Below, one piece after another: positions 35,443-45,363 of a stretch of 64,000 nucleotides of DNA. Numbering within the stretch: position 1 is the stretch's first letter; every line of letters starts with the position of its first letter. Location: the NCBI GenBank assembly GCA_903831815.1, contig CAIKZC010000001.1:149502-213501 (forward strand), written 5' to 3'. The notes beneath the pieces are model-generated. The model made no database searches, was not told the DNA's origin, and saw only the letters and a program-made list of their open reading frames with translations. Source of the stretch: an uncultured bacterium (GTDB lineage Bacteria > Patescibacteriota > Minisyncoccia > Phycocordibacterales > UBA11359). The translations under genes and the position numbers were made by a program.

Positions 35443-36391
35443 TCCGAAAATTCCAATATCAGAAGTTCTAAAACAAGAACAAACTGGTTTTGTTACTTCC
35501 GCACCAACAATTCCGAGATCCGGTTCCGGAGTTGTGCCGAAAGATAGTCAAAACAAAATAATTAAAACTTACAAAAGCGACGCGGCTGATGCTGTGAGAT
35601 CACAACAGCAGGTTTCTGTGGCGAAAATCGCTATAGCGCAAGAAAATCAGCGCCGAGCAGAAGGGGAGGAGATCGGCGCCGCGCCAAAAAAACGAACCGG
35701 ACTGATATTCGTCGCCATCATATTACTTCTGCTCGGCGCTGCCGCCATCCCAACTGTTAAATATATCCTTAACCAAAAAACCGTCGCAGTCCCTATTGCC
35801 GTCGAAAAAACGATCATTCCTTTCGATCACCAAGAAAATGCCTTATTGAATTATGCCACCCGCACCGAATTGCTTGCGGCGCTTGGCGTTGTAAAGGCCA
35901 AACCTCAAACAAATTTCTCGATCGAATACATAAAAATTTTGGAAAATATTTTTGACGCAAATCAGAAAAACGTACCAACAAAAATAGCGCCTGATATTTT
36001 TGCAGGTATCCTTGGTCCAAATATGCCATCCGCCCTCGCTCGCTCTTTTGATTCCGATTACATGTTCGGAATTGCAAATTCAAATAATCCAAAACCGTTT
36101 TTGCTTTTCATAACATCTTCATATGAACAAACATTCGCAAATATGTTGAAATGGGAAACTAAAATGACGACCGACCTCGCTCCTATCTTCAATCTCAATC
36201 TCAGCTCTACAACTGCGACCTTCACCGACCAAGTCATCATCAACAAAGATGTTCGAGCTATCACGGCTCCGGATGGCACTATCGTTTTCCTCTACGGATT
36301 TTTGGATAACAACACGCTTGTCATCACAACCGATCCTCAAACATTCCAAGACATCAACTCTCGTTACGTCGCCGCCCGTTTCGTGCAATAG
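35414..36391 (+). CDS. Hypothetical single-pass membrane protein (325 aa)
   Basis: It has one TM helix (LIFVAIILLLLGAAAIP) and overlaps the pnp 3' end by 29 nt, so the true start is uncertain. Confidence 0.45.
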   Translation: MDPRNQPQFNPKIPISEVLKQEQTGFVTSAPTIPRSGSGVVPKDSQNKIIKTYKSDAADAVRSQQQVSVAKIAIAQENQRRAEGEEIGAAPKKRTGLIFVAIILLLLGAAAIPTVKYILNQKTVAVPIAVEKTIIPFDHQENALLNYATRTELLAALGVVKAKPQTNFSIEYIKILENIFDANQKNVPTKIAPDIFAGILGPNMPSALARSFDSDYMFGIANSNNPKPFLLFITSSYEQTFANMLKWETKMTTDLAPIFNLNLSSTTATFTDQVIINKDVRAITAPDGTIVFLYGFLDNNTLVITTDPQTFQDINSRYVAARFVQ

Positions 36392-36412
36392 TCGATGTGA
36401 TATACTTTTCGT

Positions 36413-37102
36413 ATGTTTTCTCATTTGTATATTTGGTTAGCTTTATATTTTTTGTGTTGGTGGATATTTCTATTTTTATGGCGCAAAGATTATAGATCCG
36501 AAATGCTTACGATGGGTCTTATAGGGATAGTGCTCGGCCCATTAGTTGAATTCATGCATTTAACAGATTGGTGGCACCCCCTCTTTATTTTCAATAATTT
36601 TTTGATCAGACCTGAAGACGTAATTTTCGGATTTTCGATCGCAGGCGTCAGTGCCGTAATTTATCAGGAATTGCGGGCAATAAAAGAATTTCAGCAAAAT
36701 AAACTTATCCCGACCAAAAAATACGAACTATTGGTTTTGTTGATAGGATTATTTACACTTTTTGGTCTTTATATATTTTTCGGAGTCCATTCATTTTGGA
36801 CATCCATACTATGCCTGATCACAACCGCATTGCTTGTGCTCATAAAAAGGCGAGATCTTTTTTATTCCATGTTTTTCTCGGGAATCTTAATAACAGGAAT
36901 AGCAATACCTTTTTACATTTTTGCATTGCATATTAATCCTTTTTGGTTTCAGCAAGAATGGTTTTTGGGAAAATTGTCTGGAATATTTTTCCTGAACATT
37001 CCGATCGAGGAGCTAGTCTGGTATTTCTTCATAGGTTTAACATTCTCCGCTATGTGGGAATTTATGAACGGACTGAAATTTGTATTTAAAAAAAGAGTCT
37101 AA
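36413..37102 (+). CDS. Polytopic membrane protein resembling tandem lycopene-cyclase-domain (CrtYcd-like) repeats
   Basis: It has two repeats, each with a PxE[ED]hhF motif (IRPEDVIFGFSIAG and NIPIEELVWYFFIGL), and about 7 predicted TM helices. The assignment is by motif recall only. Confidence 0.4.
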   Translation: MFSHLYIWLALYFLCWWIFLFLWRKDYRSEMLTMGLIGIVLGPLVEFMHLTDWWHPLFIFNNFLIRPEDVIFGFSIAGVSAVIYQELRAIKEFQQNKLIPTKKYELLVLLIGLFTLFGLYIFFGVHSFWTSILCLITTALLVLIKRRDLFYSMFFSGILITGIAIPFYIFALHINPFWFQQEWFLGKLSGIFFLNIPIEELVWYFFIGLTFSAMWEFMNGLKFVFKKRV

Positions 37103-37136
37103 TTGCTTTTACTTCTTGTTTTGGTAAGATTGTTGT

Positions 37137-37496
37137 ATGACACAAAAAACAGAACACTACAAAAAACTTTTGGAGAACGAGTTAAAAGAATTGGAAAAAG
37201 ACCTTAAAACCGTTGGCCGAATTAATCCTGACAACCCAAAGGATTGGCAAGCTGTGCCATCGGATGCAGATGTTACTGTAGGCGCCGAAAAAGAAGAAGT
37301 GGCTGAGAAAATCGAAAGTTTCGAAAGCGATACAGCCGTTCTCAAGCAATTGGAAATAAAATACAACGAAGTTAAAGAGGCCTTGAACCGAACACACGAC
37401 GGCACTTTTGGATATTGCATCATTTGTAAAAAAGAAATTGAAGACGATCGACTTGAAGCCAATCCGGCAGCCAAGACCTGTAAAGACCATATGTAG
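37137..37496 (+). CDS. DksA/TraR-family C4 zinc-finger protein
   Basis: An N-terminal coiled coil is followed by a C-terminal CxxC-x17-CxxH-like finger (GYCIICKKEIEDDRLEANPAAKTCKDH). Confidence 0.65.
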   Translation: MTQKTEHYKKLLENELKELEKDLKTVGRINPDNPKDWQAVPSDADVTVGAEKEEVAEKIESFESDTAVLKQLEIKYNEVKEALNRTHDGTFGYCIICKKEIEDDRLEANPAAKTCKDHM

Positions 37497-37558
37497 AGAC
37501 CTGAAAACGACGTTTTAGATTTTATAAATATTTTAACTCATGCGCGTATAATGCGGGC

Positions 37559-39100
37559 ATGAGTTTTGCTAAAACCTACAGCGCCCAAATTTCATATTTA
37601 AAAGCCAAACTGGTAACAATGGAGGTTGACCTTTCACGCGGACTCCATGCTTTTTCGATTGTCGGGATGCCTGACAAATCGGTTGAAGAAGCTCGCGATC
37701 GTATTTCGGCGGCCATAAAAAATTCCGGATTTGATTCACCTAAAAGCAAAAATCAAAAAGTTGTGATTTCTCTCGCTCCGGCCGAACTACCTAAAGAAGG
37801 CGCCATGTTTGATGTTGGTATGGCCATTGTTTATCTTAAAGCGGCCGGAGAAATAGATTTTGATTCGGAAAAGAAAATGTTTTTCGGTGAGCTGGCGCTC
37901 GATGGCACAGTCAGAAAAATCAATGGCGCGATCACGTTAGTCCGCGAAGCCAAGCTGCTTGGCTTCGCGGAAATATATTTACCAAAAGAAAACGCCGTTG
38001 AAGCGGCGCTTATCGACGGAATAAAAATATTTCCAATTGATAATTTGCGGCAACTTATTGAACATCTCGATCCAAGGATCGGCAAAAAGAAAATAACCGC
38101 GCAACCGCCAACAAAAATTATTCCTGAAGAAACAATTTTCAATATCGATATTTCCGACATTAAGGGACAAGAGGGGAGCAAGCGAGGACTGGAGATAGCC
38201 GCATCCGGCGGACACAACATTGCATTTTATGGTCCGCCCGGCACAGGTAAAACTATGTTAGCCAAAGCGTTTTGTTCCATTCTCCCGCAACTTACGTTTG
38301 ATGAGATTTTGGAAGCAACCGCAATTCATTCCGTATCAGGAACACTTCAAAATAAATATATTTGCGAGCCCCCATTTCGCGCTCCGCACCACAGCGCTTC
38401 ATATATTTCAGTTATCGGTGGAGGATCCAATCCAAAACCGGGAGAGGTCACTTTAGCCCATCACGGAGTTCTTTTTCTGGACGAATTTCCGGAATTTGAT
38501 CGCCGTGTTTTGGAATCCTTACGTGAACCATTAGAAGAAAATATCGTGCGAGTTTCCAGAGCTAAAGGCTCCGCCGATTTTCCGGCTCAATTTATTTTAA
38601 TTGCCGCCATGAATCCGTGTCCTTGCGGGAATTATGGAAATAAAAACAAACCATGCACATGCGTAACCGGTTCTCTTTTGAGATATCGGCAAAGAATTTC
38701 CGGGCCAATAATTGATCGCATCGATTTGTGGGTCGAAGTTTCTCAGGTTAATTACAAAAGTTTAGCTACAAATGCACCAAGCGAAACAAGCGATATGGTG
38801 CGCAAGAGGGTGGAAGCGACTCGAACAATTCAATATATGCGATCCAAAAAAATTAATTTGCCACCAATGTTGAATAGTAAAATTCCATCTCGAATTCTCA
38901 CAAAATATGCCAAAATTTCCGATGAAGCCAGCGAGATCTTAACCATTTCAGCCGAAAAATTAAATATTTCCGCACGAGTCTATCATCGACTTATAAAAAT
39001 AGCCCGCACGATCGCGGACATGGAGAAAAGCGAAACAATTGAGAAACGTCACATGCTTGAAGCTTTGCAATACCGACCTCGACAACATTTAACCGGCTAA
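37559..39100 (+). CDS. comM: YifB/ComM-family Mg-chelatase-like AAA+ ATPase
   Basis: It has a Lon-like N-terminus, the Walker A GPPGTGKT, the VLFLDEFPEF motif, and a C-terminal ChlI-type domain. Confidence 0.9.
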   Translation: MSFAKTYSAQISYLKAKLVTMEVDLSRGLHAFSIVGMPDKSVEEARDRISAAIKNSGFDSPKSKNQKVVISLAPAELPKEGAMFDVGMAIVYLKAAGEIDFDSEKKMFFGELALDGTVRKINGAITLVREAKLLGFAEIYLPKENAVEAALIDGIKIFPIDNLRQLIEHLDPRIGKKKITAQPPTKIIPEETIFNIDISDIKGQEGSKRGLEIAASGGHNIAFYGPPGTGKTMLAKAFCSILPQLTFDEILEATAIHSVSGTLQNKYICEPPFRAPHHSASYISVIGGGSNPKPGEVTLAHHGVLFLDEFPEFDRRVLESLREPLEENIVRVSRAKGSADFPAQFILIAAMNPCPCGNYGNKNKPCTCVTGSLLRYRQRISGPIIDRIDLWVEVSQVNYKSLATNAPSETSDMVRKRVEATRTIQYMRSKKINLPPMLNSKIPSRILTKYAKISDEASEILTISAEKLNISARVYHRLIKIARTIADMEKSETIEKRHMLEALQYRPRQHLTG

Positions 39101-40069
39101 CTAAAAAGGATTTTTGGCACCACGAACCTCAACGTGAAGGTGAGGGCCAGTCGATTCGCCGGAAGAACCAACCAAAGCGATCTTTTGTCCTTGAGTTACA
39201 GTTTCACCCTCAGAAACAAGGAGTTTACTTGCGTGACCGTATACCGTTTGTGTTCCGTTATCATGTTGGATAACCACATAGTTTCCGTATCCACCATTCC
39301 AACCCATACGACTAATTATAACTTCGCCATCGGCGGCAGCCATAATCGGCGTTCCAACAGGTGCACCTAGGTCAACTCCGTTGTGACCATGAATTCCTTG
39401 TGTCTTGTGATAACCCGTTAATGGTTCGATAAAATATCCTACATCGTTGATCAATCCTGAAACCGAAGAATTCTGTATTCGACATAGACTGCACAAAGTT
39501 GGTGCCGTATGCGATGAAGATCTAGGAGTATTTGAGCTTGGCGAAATATCTGATGGAACAAAAACCGTATCACCGACTGCAAGCAGAGATGGATTATCAA
39601 AAGAGTTGTATTGCAAAATATCTTGAACTGAAACTTTGTAGGCCTTGGCAATACTGCCAATATTTTCTCCGGATTTAACCGTGTGCTCAACACCTGAAAC
39701 AGGCAAAATGATCAAACGCTGACCTTCGAGCAATTTCGAACTGGTCATATTGTTGGCGATCATGATGGTATTTGTTGTCACGCCAAAAGTTTTGGCAATT
39801 TGAGGTAGAGTGTCGCCGCTTCGAACCACGTATGTGGTGATTTGCGAGCTATCAAAGACCGGAGCCGTTGTGGTGCTGTTACCGGTTGGATCTATTTCAG
39901 CATACAAAGATGAGCCATCTACAATTACGGGCATTTGATCGACTTTGGTCGGATTGGGGTCAACGTTGACCGCAGCTTTAAGTAGGGCAAGGTTTTGCGA
40001 GTTCTGAACTATTGGCCGCTCCGAAGCGTCGGCAGGTGTATTAAAAAATCCCGATATAAAAGAAAACAT
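39101..40069 (-). CDS. Secreted M23-family metallopeptidase with two LysM domains
   Basis: It has LysM repeats (YVVRSGDTLPQIAKTFGV..., HTVKSGENIGSIAKAYKV...) and a C-terminal HxxxD...HLH M23 core (GVDLGAP...GPHLHVEV). Confidence 0.85.
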   Translation of the reverse strand: MFSFISGFFNTPADASERPIVQNSQNLALLKAAVNVDPNPTKVDQMPVIVDGSSLYAEIDPTGNSTTTAPVFDSSQITTYVVRSGDTLPQIAKTFGVTTNTIMIANNMTSSKLLEGQRLIILPVSGVEHTVKSGENIGSIAKAYKVSVQDILQYNSFDNPSLLAVGDTVFVPSDISPSSNTPRSSSHTAPTLCSLCRIQNSSVSGLINDVGYFIEPLTGYHKTQGIHGHNGVDLGAPVGTPIMAAADGEVIISRMGWNGGYGNYVVIQHDNGTQTVYGHASKLLVSEGETVTQGQKIALVGSSGESTGPHLHVEVRGAKNPF

Positions 40070-40351
40070 ACTGGCTGAGACAGTATGGGGATAGATAACG
40101 AGAGTTAAATAGACAAAAAATCCTATAAATAGGACCGTTTTAACGCGTCGGTTTATGGGTTGCTTATTAATAAGGCTAAGAGTTAGGTTATAATCAGTCT
40201 TTTCGGGAAATATGGCTCTGTTGAGCCATTTAAAAGCGGTCAGGAATGCTCAAATTTCTTGAGTGATAATAGTATATCTTGCTCAAAATCAATGTCAACA
40301 ATGAAAAAATTCAACTGTGGATAACCTTTTTCGTGCTATTATAGTGAAACT

Positions 40352-42316
40352 ATGGGTTCAGATACGCAAACGTACTTACAAGGCTTAAATGAGCGACAAA
40401 AAGAGGCTGTTTTACAAACGGAAGGTCCCGTTTTGATCGTGGCTGGCGCCGGTGCAGGCAAAACAAAAACCATTACACATCGAATCCTGAATCTTGTACA
40501 TAAAGGTGTTGCTCCAAACGAGATCTTGGCCATCACTTTTACCAATAAGGCCGCTCATGAGATGCGCGAACGCATGGACAAGCTTCTTGAGAATGACAAG
40601 ACTCTAAATTTACCTATTTCTTTCACCACACGTCCGCTTCTTTGCACTTTTCACTCACTCGGCGTGCTTATCCTACGAGAAAACGCCGCGATTCTCGGTC
40701 TTTCACGCAATTTTACCATTTTCGATAAAAGCGATTCCAAAAGAGCGATAAAAGAAGCGCTTGAAATTTGTAACATTGATCCAAAACAGTTTGACCCCGG
40801 GAAATTACAGAACATCATCTCCAGACAAAAGGGTGATGGAGTAACCCCCGAAACTTTTCGTGAAAAAATGGGTAAAGAGTACCTACAAAGTATTCTTGGC
40901 AGAGTCTGGGAACAATATGAGAGCATTTTGAAAAGAGAAAAATCTCTGGACTTTGACGATCTGCTTCTCAAAACACTTTCTCTCTTGCGAGAAAACGAAA
41001 GTGCTAGAGAGCATTATCAAAACAAATGGAAATATGTTCACATAGATGAATATCAGGACACCAACAAGGTACAATATTTGATCAGCAAGATTTTGGCCGA
41101 AAAAAGTCGAAATATTTGCGTGGTTGGAGATGTTGATCAAAATATTTACAGTTGGCGTGGCGCAGATATTCAAAACATGTTGAGTTTTGAAGAAGATTAT
41201 CCTGAAGCCAAAGTTGTGATGCTCGAAGAAAATTACCGTTCAAGCAAAAATATTTTGAGTCTGGCTAATACGGTTATCAAGAAAAATAAATTCCGTAAGG
41301 AAAAAAATCTATTCACCAACAACCCGACAGGGGAGAAGATCGGTTTGTTCCAAGGATATGACGAAAGCGACGAAGCCTATTTTGTGGCACATAAAATAAA
41401 TTCTCTAATCGAGAACGGCGCCAAGGCCGAGGAAATTGCCATCCTCTATCGTGCCAATTTTCAATCACGTATTATTGAAGAAGCTTTGTTACATTATGAA
41501 GTGCCATACCACGTCCTCGGCACACGTTTTTATGAACGAAAAGAAATCAAAGACGCTCTTTCATATGTGCGCGCCGCTTTAAACCCTGAATCACTCTCGG
41601 ATATTAAACGAATTATCAACGTGCCAACTCGTGGTATTGGAAAAGTTACGATAGTTAAAATGTTTTCCGGTCAAGAAGAATCTCTACCTTCCGCCACCCG
41701 CGCCAAAATCCAAAATTTTAAAAATCTGCTTTCTGAAATCGCGCAAAATATTCCAATTAAAAAACCTTCGGAGATATTTACCGATCTTATCAAGAAAACC
41801 GGTCTTGATACCGCCCTTGAAGATGGTACTGATGAAGGAGTTGAGCGAGTTGAGAACATAAAGGAACTCGTAACGCTCGCAACAAAATATGATGACATGC
41901 CATTTCCGACCGGTATTGAAAAAATGTTGGAGGAAGCGGCACTCGCTTCAGATCAGGATTCGCTCATCAAAAAACAAACCAATGCGGTTAAAGTCATGAC
42001 CGTCCATGCCGCTAAAGGTCTTGAGTTTGATTATGTCTTCATTACCGGTTTGGAGGAAAATCTTTTTCCGCACAAAAGAATGGGTGAGGAACGTAAGAGT
42101 GAGGAAGATGAAGAGGAAGAAAGACGGCTTTTTTACGTCGCCATTACTCGCGCTCGCAAAAAACTATATCTTTGCTATGCTTCGATACGAACAATTTTTG
42201 GTTCAAAACAAATGAACATTCCGTCGGAATTTTTGAGCGACATAGATGAATCGCTCGCCGAAGAAGAAATTTGGCAGAAGGACGCGGAAAGACCGTTCAA
42301 GACCATTCGTTTTTAA
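40352..42316 (+). CDS. pcrA: ATP-dependent DNA helicase, UvrD/PcrA family
   Basis: It has the AGAGAGKT Walker A, the TFHSLG motif and the DEYQDTN box. Confidence 0.9.
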   Translation: MGSDTQTYLQGLNERQKEAVLQTEGPVLIVAGAGAGKTKTITHRILNLVHKGVAPNEILAITFTNKAAHEMRERMDKLLENDKTLNLPISFTTRPLLCTFHSLGVLILRENAAILGLSRNFTIFDKSDSKRAIKEALEICNIDPKQFDPGKLQNIISRQKGDGVTPETFREKMGKEYLQSILGRVWEQYESILKREKSLDFDDLLLKTLSLLRENESAREHYQNKWKYVHIDEYQDTNKVQYLISKILAEKSRNICVVGDVDQNIYSWRGADIQNMLSFEEDYPEAKVVMLEENYRSSKNILSLANTVIKKNKFRKEKNLFTNNPTGEKIGLFQGYDESDEAYFVAHKINSLIENGAKAEEIAILYRANFQSRIIEEALLHYEVPYHVLGTRFYERKEIKDALSYVRAALNPESLSDIKRIINVPTRGIGKVTIVKMFSGQEESLPSATRAKIQNFKNLLSEIAQNIPIKKPSEIFTDLIKKTGLDTALEDGTDEGVERVENIKELVTLATKYDDMPFPTGIEKMLEEAALASDQDSLIKKQTNAVKVMTVHAAKGLEFDYVFITGLEENLFPHKRMGEERKSEEDEEEERRLFYVAITRARKKLYLCYASIRTIFGSKQMNIPSEFLSDIDESLAEEEIWQKDAERPFKTIRF

Positions 42317-42337
42317 CTTTATTCAAAAAATATTTTC

Positions 42338-43123
42338 ATGTTTGCCAAAAAATCACTCGGACAAAACTTTTTAAAATCTAAAGCGGCTCTGCGTGCCATG
42401 GTTGCGGCTGCAAAAATTGATACAAGTGAAAAGGGAACGATCGTTTTAGAAATAGGACCAGGTAAAGGCGTTTTGACTGAAGCCTTAATTCAAACAGGAG
42501 CTCGCGTAGTTGCCGTAGAAAAAGACGACCGATTGATCGCGGTTCTGCAGGAAAAATTTCAAAAAGAAATTACAAACAATCAACTTCAAATTATTCACGG
42601 TGACGCCCTGGAGTTTGATCCAAGTACTTTCTCCGCTGATTATAAAATAGTTGCCAACATACCGTATTACATTACCGGACAATTTTTCAAGCATTATTTA
42701 ACTGCGGAAAATCAACCAAAAAGCATCGTCGTCATGGTACAAAAAGAAGTTGCGCATCGAATCGTCGCTAGAGACGAAAAAGAAAGTTTATTATCGCTTT
42801 CAGTTAAGTGCTATGGCACACCGATTTACGTCATGACTGTTCAGAAAAAATATTTCTCACCTGAACCAAAAATCGATTCGGCGATCATCGCAGTCGAAAA
42901 TATTTCCAGAGATTTTTTTAATGTCATATTGGAAAATAAATTTTTTGACGTCATCAAAGCGGGTTTTGCTCACAAGAGAAAAGTGCTTATCAGCAACCTG
43001 GAAACGATCACGCCTCGTGAAAAATTAAAAAATGTTTTCCAAAAATTGAATATCTCGGAAAAGATCCGCGCCGAAGACATCACGCTAAACGACTGGAAAA
43101 ATATCTTGAAAGAATTGCAATAA
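42338..43123 (+). CDS. rsmA: 16S rRNA (adenine1518/1519-N6)-dimethyltransferase RsmA/KsgA
   Basis: It has LGQNFL, EIGPGKGVLT and NIPY motifs. Confidence 0.9.
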   Translation: MFAKKSLGQNFLKSKAALRAMVAAAKIDTSEKGTIVLEIGPGKGVLTEALIQTGARVVAVEKDDRLIAVLQEKFQKEITNNQLQIIHGDALEFDPSTFSADYKIVANIPYYITGQFFKHYLTAENQPKSIVVMVQKEVAHRIVARDEKESLLSLSVKCYGTPIYVMTVQKKYFSPEPKIDSAIIAVENISRDFFNVILENKFFDVIKAGFAHKRKVLISNLETITPREKLKNVFQKLNISEKIRAEDITLNDWKNILKELQ

Positions 43124-43125
43124 AA

Positions 43126-43536
43126 TTATATAGCCGTCGAACCGATTCCAATAATAGAATCGATTGTGCCTAGAGTTTGGCCAATCGGAGAACAACTTGG
43201 TGGCACCGTGGGCACTGTTTGTTGGCAAGATATTGGAGTCGGAACGTAAGAACCAAGGACTTGGGGGCCTGACTTCCAAATATTATAATTTGCGCGAACC
43301 AAAGAAGTTAGCGGATTGTAAAAAAAACTCTCAGGACTTCCTGCCGCAGATTTATCAAGAACTGTTATCATCGTTCCCGGATTGTAATAGCATGTACAAT
43401 ACACAACGTTAATTATCGGACCTCCGTAATATACGCCAACTGCCTTAGCTACTTTTCTCGGAAAAGGATATAAAAGACTGACTATTGCGACCACAACGGT
43501 AAGAATGCAAATAAATGAAATAATAATTTTTTTCAT
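43126..43536 (-). CDS. Small secreted Cys-containing protein (136 aa) with a signal peptide
   Basis: The N-terminus is MKKIIISFICILTVVVAIVSLL. On the coding strand TATCTTAAGATAGTGTAACCCT lies immediately upstream of the ATG. Confidence 0.55.
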   Translation of the reverse strand: MKKIIISFICILTVVVAIVSLLYPFPRKVAKAVGVYYGGPIINVVYCTCYYNPGTMITVLDKSAAGSPESFFYNPLTSLVRANYNIWKSGPQVLGSYVPTPISCQQTVPTVPPSCSPIGQTLGTIDSIIGIGSTAI

Positions 43537-43545
43537 AGGGTTACA

Positions 43546-43558
43546 CTATCTTAAGATA
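43546..43558. promoter_or_regulatory. Palindromic motif CTATCTTAAGATA (copy 4) with an adjacent AGGGTTACAC block, ending 10 nt upstream of the 43536 start codon
   Basis: It reads CATAGGGTTACACTATCTTAAGATAAT. Confidence 0.45.
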
Positions 43559-43560
43559 AT

Positions 43561-44328
43561 TTATTGATTGCGCGGGTCCAGCGCTTTGTTATGAATAATA
43601 TTATTTTGCGCTGAAATTTTGTCTAAAATATCGGATGAAACATTGCCGGCGATGACGAACATCGGGAAGTCAGCTCGCGTATCGCCATATTGGTCGCCAA
43701 CCCAAACCATCACAGCTCCGCTAATGTTCGGAACAACCGCGTCAATTTCAGTTGCGCTAACTTTAGTAAAATTCGTCGCATCAGTATCGCCGAAATGAAC
43801 ACTTGGCGTTCCATAAAATTTTCCATTTATAATCAGGATGTCACCGACCGAAATGGCGACTTTTGACACAGCCGAGATGAGAGGCATTTTATTTTGGTTG
43901 GCCGTAGTTTGATTGGAATTATTTTGATTTGTCTGCGCCGGAACGTTAGACGAAATATTATTTGTCGACGCGATCAAAGAATTAATCTTTTTAATCGTAG
44001 CCGGACCGACAAAACCGGTCGGGGAGGCGAGCCCGGAAGGCGTTAGTATCTCCGATTGAAATTTATTTTGAAAACGCATCACTGCATTTTTGGTCAATGC
44101 GCCAAAATATGTACTTTCATTTCCAATCGAGCCAAGTCCTGAAACAGCGATCTGCGTATCGGCGCTTTTATTTAAAAATTTTTGCAATTGCAAGACATCT
44201 TGACCGCTATCGCCGAGTTTTAAGTTTCTAACGAAATAATTCATCGAGATATTTTGTGCAGAAACTTCCACAGCAATAAAACAAATTATTCCTATCGTTA
44301 TTATTCTAAAAACTTTATTCATAAACAT
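43561..44328 (-). CDS. Secreted protein with a peptidoglycan-binding (PG_binding_1-like) domain
   Basis: It has a signal peptide followed by LKLGDSGQDVLQLQKFLN...YFGALTKNAVMRFQ, which matches the PG-binding helical repeat. Confidence 0.55.
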   Translation of the reverse strand: MFMNKVFRIITIGIICFIAVEVSAQNISMNYFVRNLKLGDSGQDVLQLQKFLNKSADTQIAVSGLGSIGNESTYFGALTKNAVMRFQNKFQSEILTPSGLASPTGFVGPATIKKINSLIASTNNISSNVPAQTNQNNSNQTTANQNKMPLISAVSKVAISVGDILIINGKFYGTPSVHFGDTDATNFTKVSATEIDAVVPNISGAVMVWVGDQYGDTRADFPMFVIAGNVSSDILDKISAQNNIIHNKALDPRNQ

Positions 44329-44352
44329 ATAATACCATGATACAATATATAA

Positions 44353-45300
44353 ATGTTACCGAGTAAGAGAACGGCAATCATATTGGCAATCCTGATTGTG
44401 ATCTTTGGCGGTTTTTTCGTCTATAGTTACACTAGAAATTCAACCACAAATTACACTAACACCAACAGTAATGCGCTCGTGGTTGCGACATCAACATTTA
44501 GTGTCGACAGCAGCGCCGCAAAAATAGATAGCGATAATGATGGTCTGCCTGATTGGGAAGAAGCTCTGTATGGCACAGACGCGCATAACCCTGATACCGA
44601 CGGCGACGGCACACCCGATGGAAAAGAGGTCACTCTTGGTCGCAACCCTTTAGTAAAAGGGCCAAAAGACTTGGTTAATCCAGACAATTCCGCCGATAAT
44701 TCTACGTCGACAAAAGAAAATCTGACACCAACCGACGTATTTGCTCGCGATTTTTTTGCTCAATACGTGAACTTAAAGGAATCCGGGGTGACCGTTACGG
44801 CTGATAATGCCAGTCAAATAGCCAGTAATTACCTAAAAAACGCTCCGCTTCCGACCATTCAGGCCAAACAATACACCACTAACGACATAAAAATTGTTGA
44901 AAACACGCCGGCCGGTCTTAGTGGTTATCAAGAGGCTTTTATCGCGGATTTTACCAAAAATTGGCCAAATGACCCTAATAATAACGAGATGTTGGTGCTT
45001 AAAAAGACATTTGGAGACAACAATCCGAGTGCCATCGACGGCCTTTCGGGTATTATTACCATTTACGAGAGAGCTCTCAACACTTTTTTGCTAATTCAAG
45101 TCCCAAGATCGGCGGTTACCCAGCACTTAAGCGTTCTAAATTCTTTAAGTACTTATATTCAGACTTTAAAAATGATCCAATCCGCATTTACGGACCCGAT
45201 GAGCGGTTACGTAGCCCTAAATTCATTCATGACAAACCAATCCAATCTGATCATCAGCATGGCCAATCTCAGAATCTTTCTTATCAACAGTTTGAAGTGA
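44353..45300 (+). CDS. Membrane-anchored hypothetical protein with thrombospondin-type-3-like Asp-rich calcium-binding repeats
   Basis: It has an N-terminal TM helix, then DSDNDGLPDWEE...DTDGDGTPDGKE. Confidence 0.5.
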   Translation: MLPSKRTAIILAILIVIFGGFFVYSYTRNSTTNYTNTNSNALVVATSTFSVDSSAAKIDSDNDGLPDWEEALYGTDAHNPDTDGDGTPDGKEVTLGRNPLVKGPKDLVNPDNSADNSTSTKENLTPTDVFARDFFAQYVNLKESGVTVTADNASQIASNYLKNAPLPTIQAKQYTTNDIKIVENTPAGLSGYQEAFIADFTKNWPNDPNNNEMLVLKKTFGDNNPSAIDGLSGIITIYERALNTFLLIQVPRSAVTQHLSVLNSLSTYIQTLKMIQSAFTDPMSGYVALNSFMTNQSNLIISMANLRIFLINSLK

Positions 45301-45363
45301 TTTTTATATAGCTCTTAAAAATATTTCGGTATATAATAAAGGGGTCTGGCTTCTAAAAAACCA

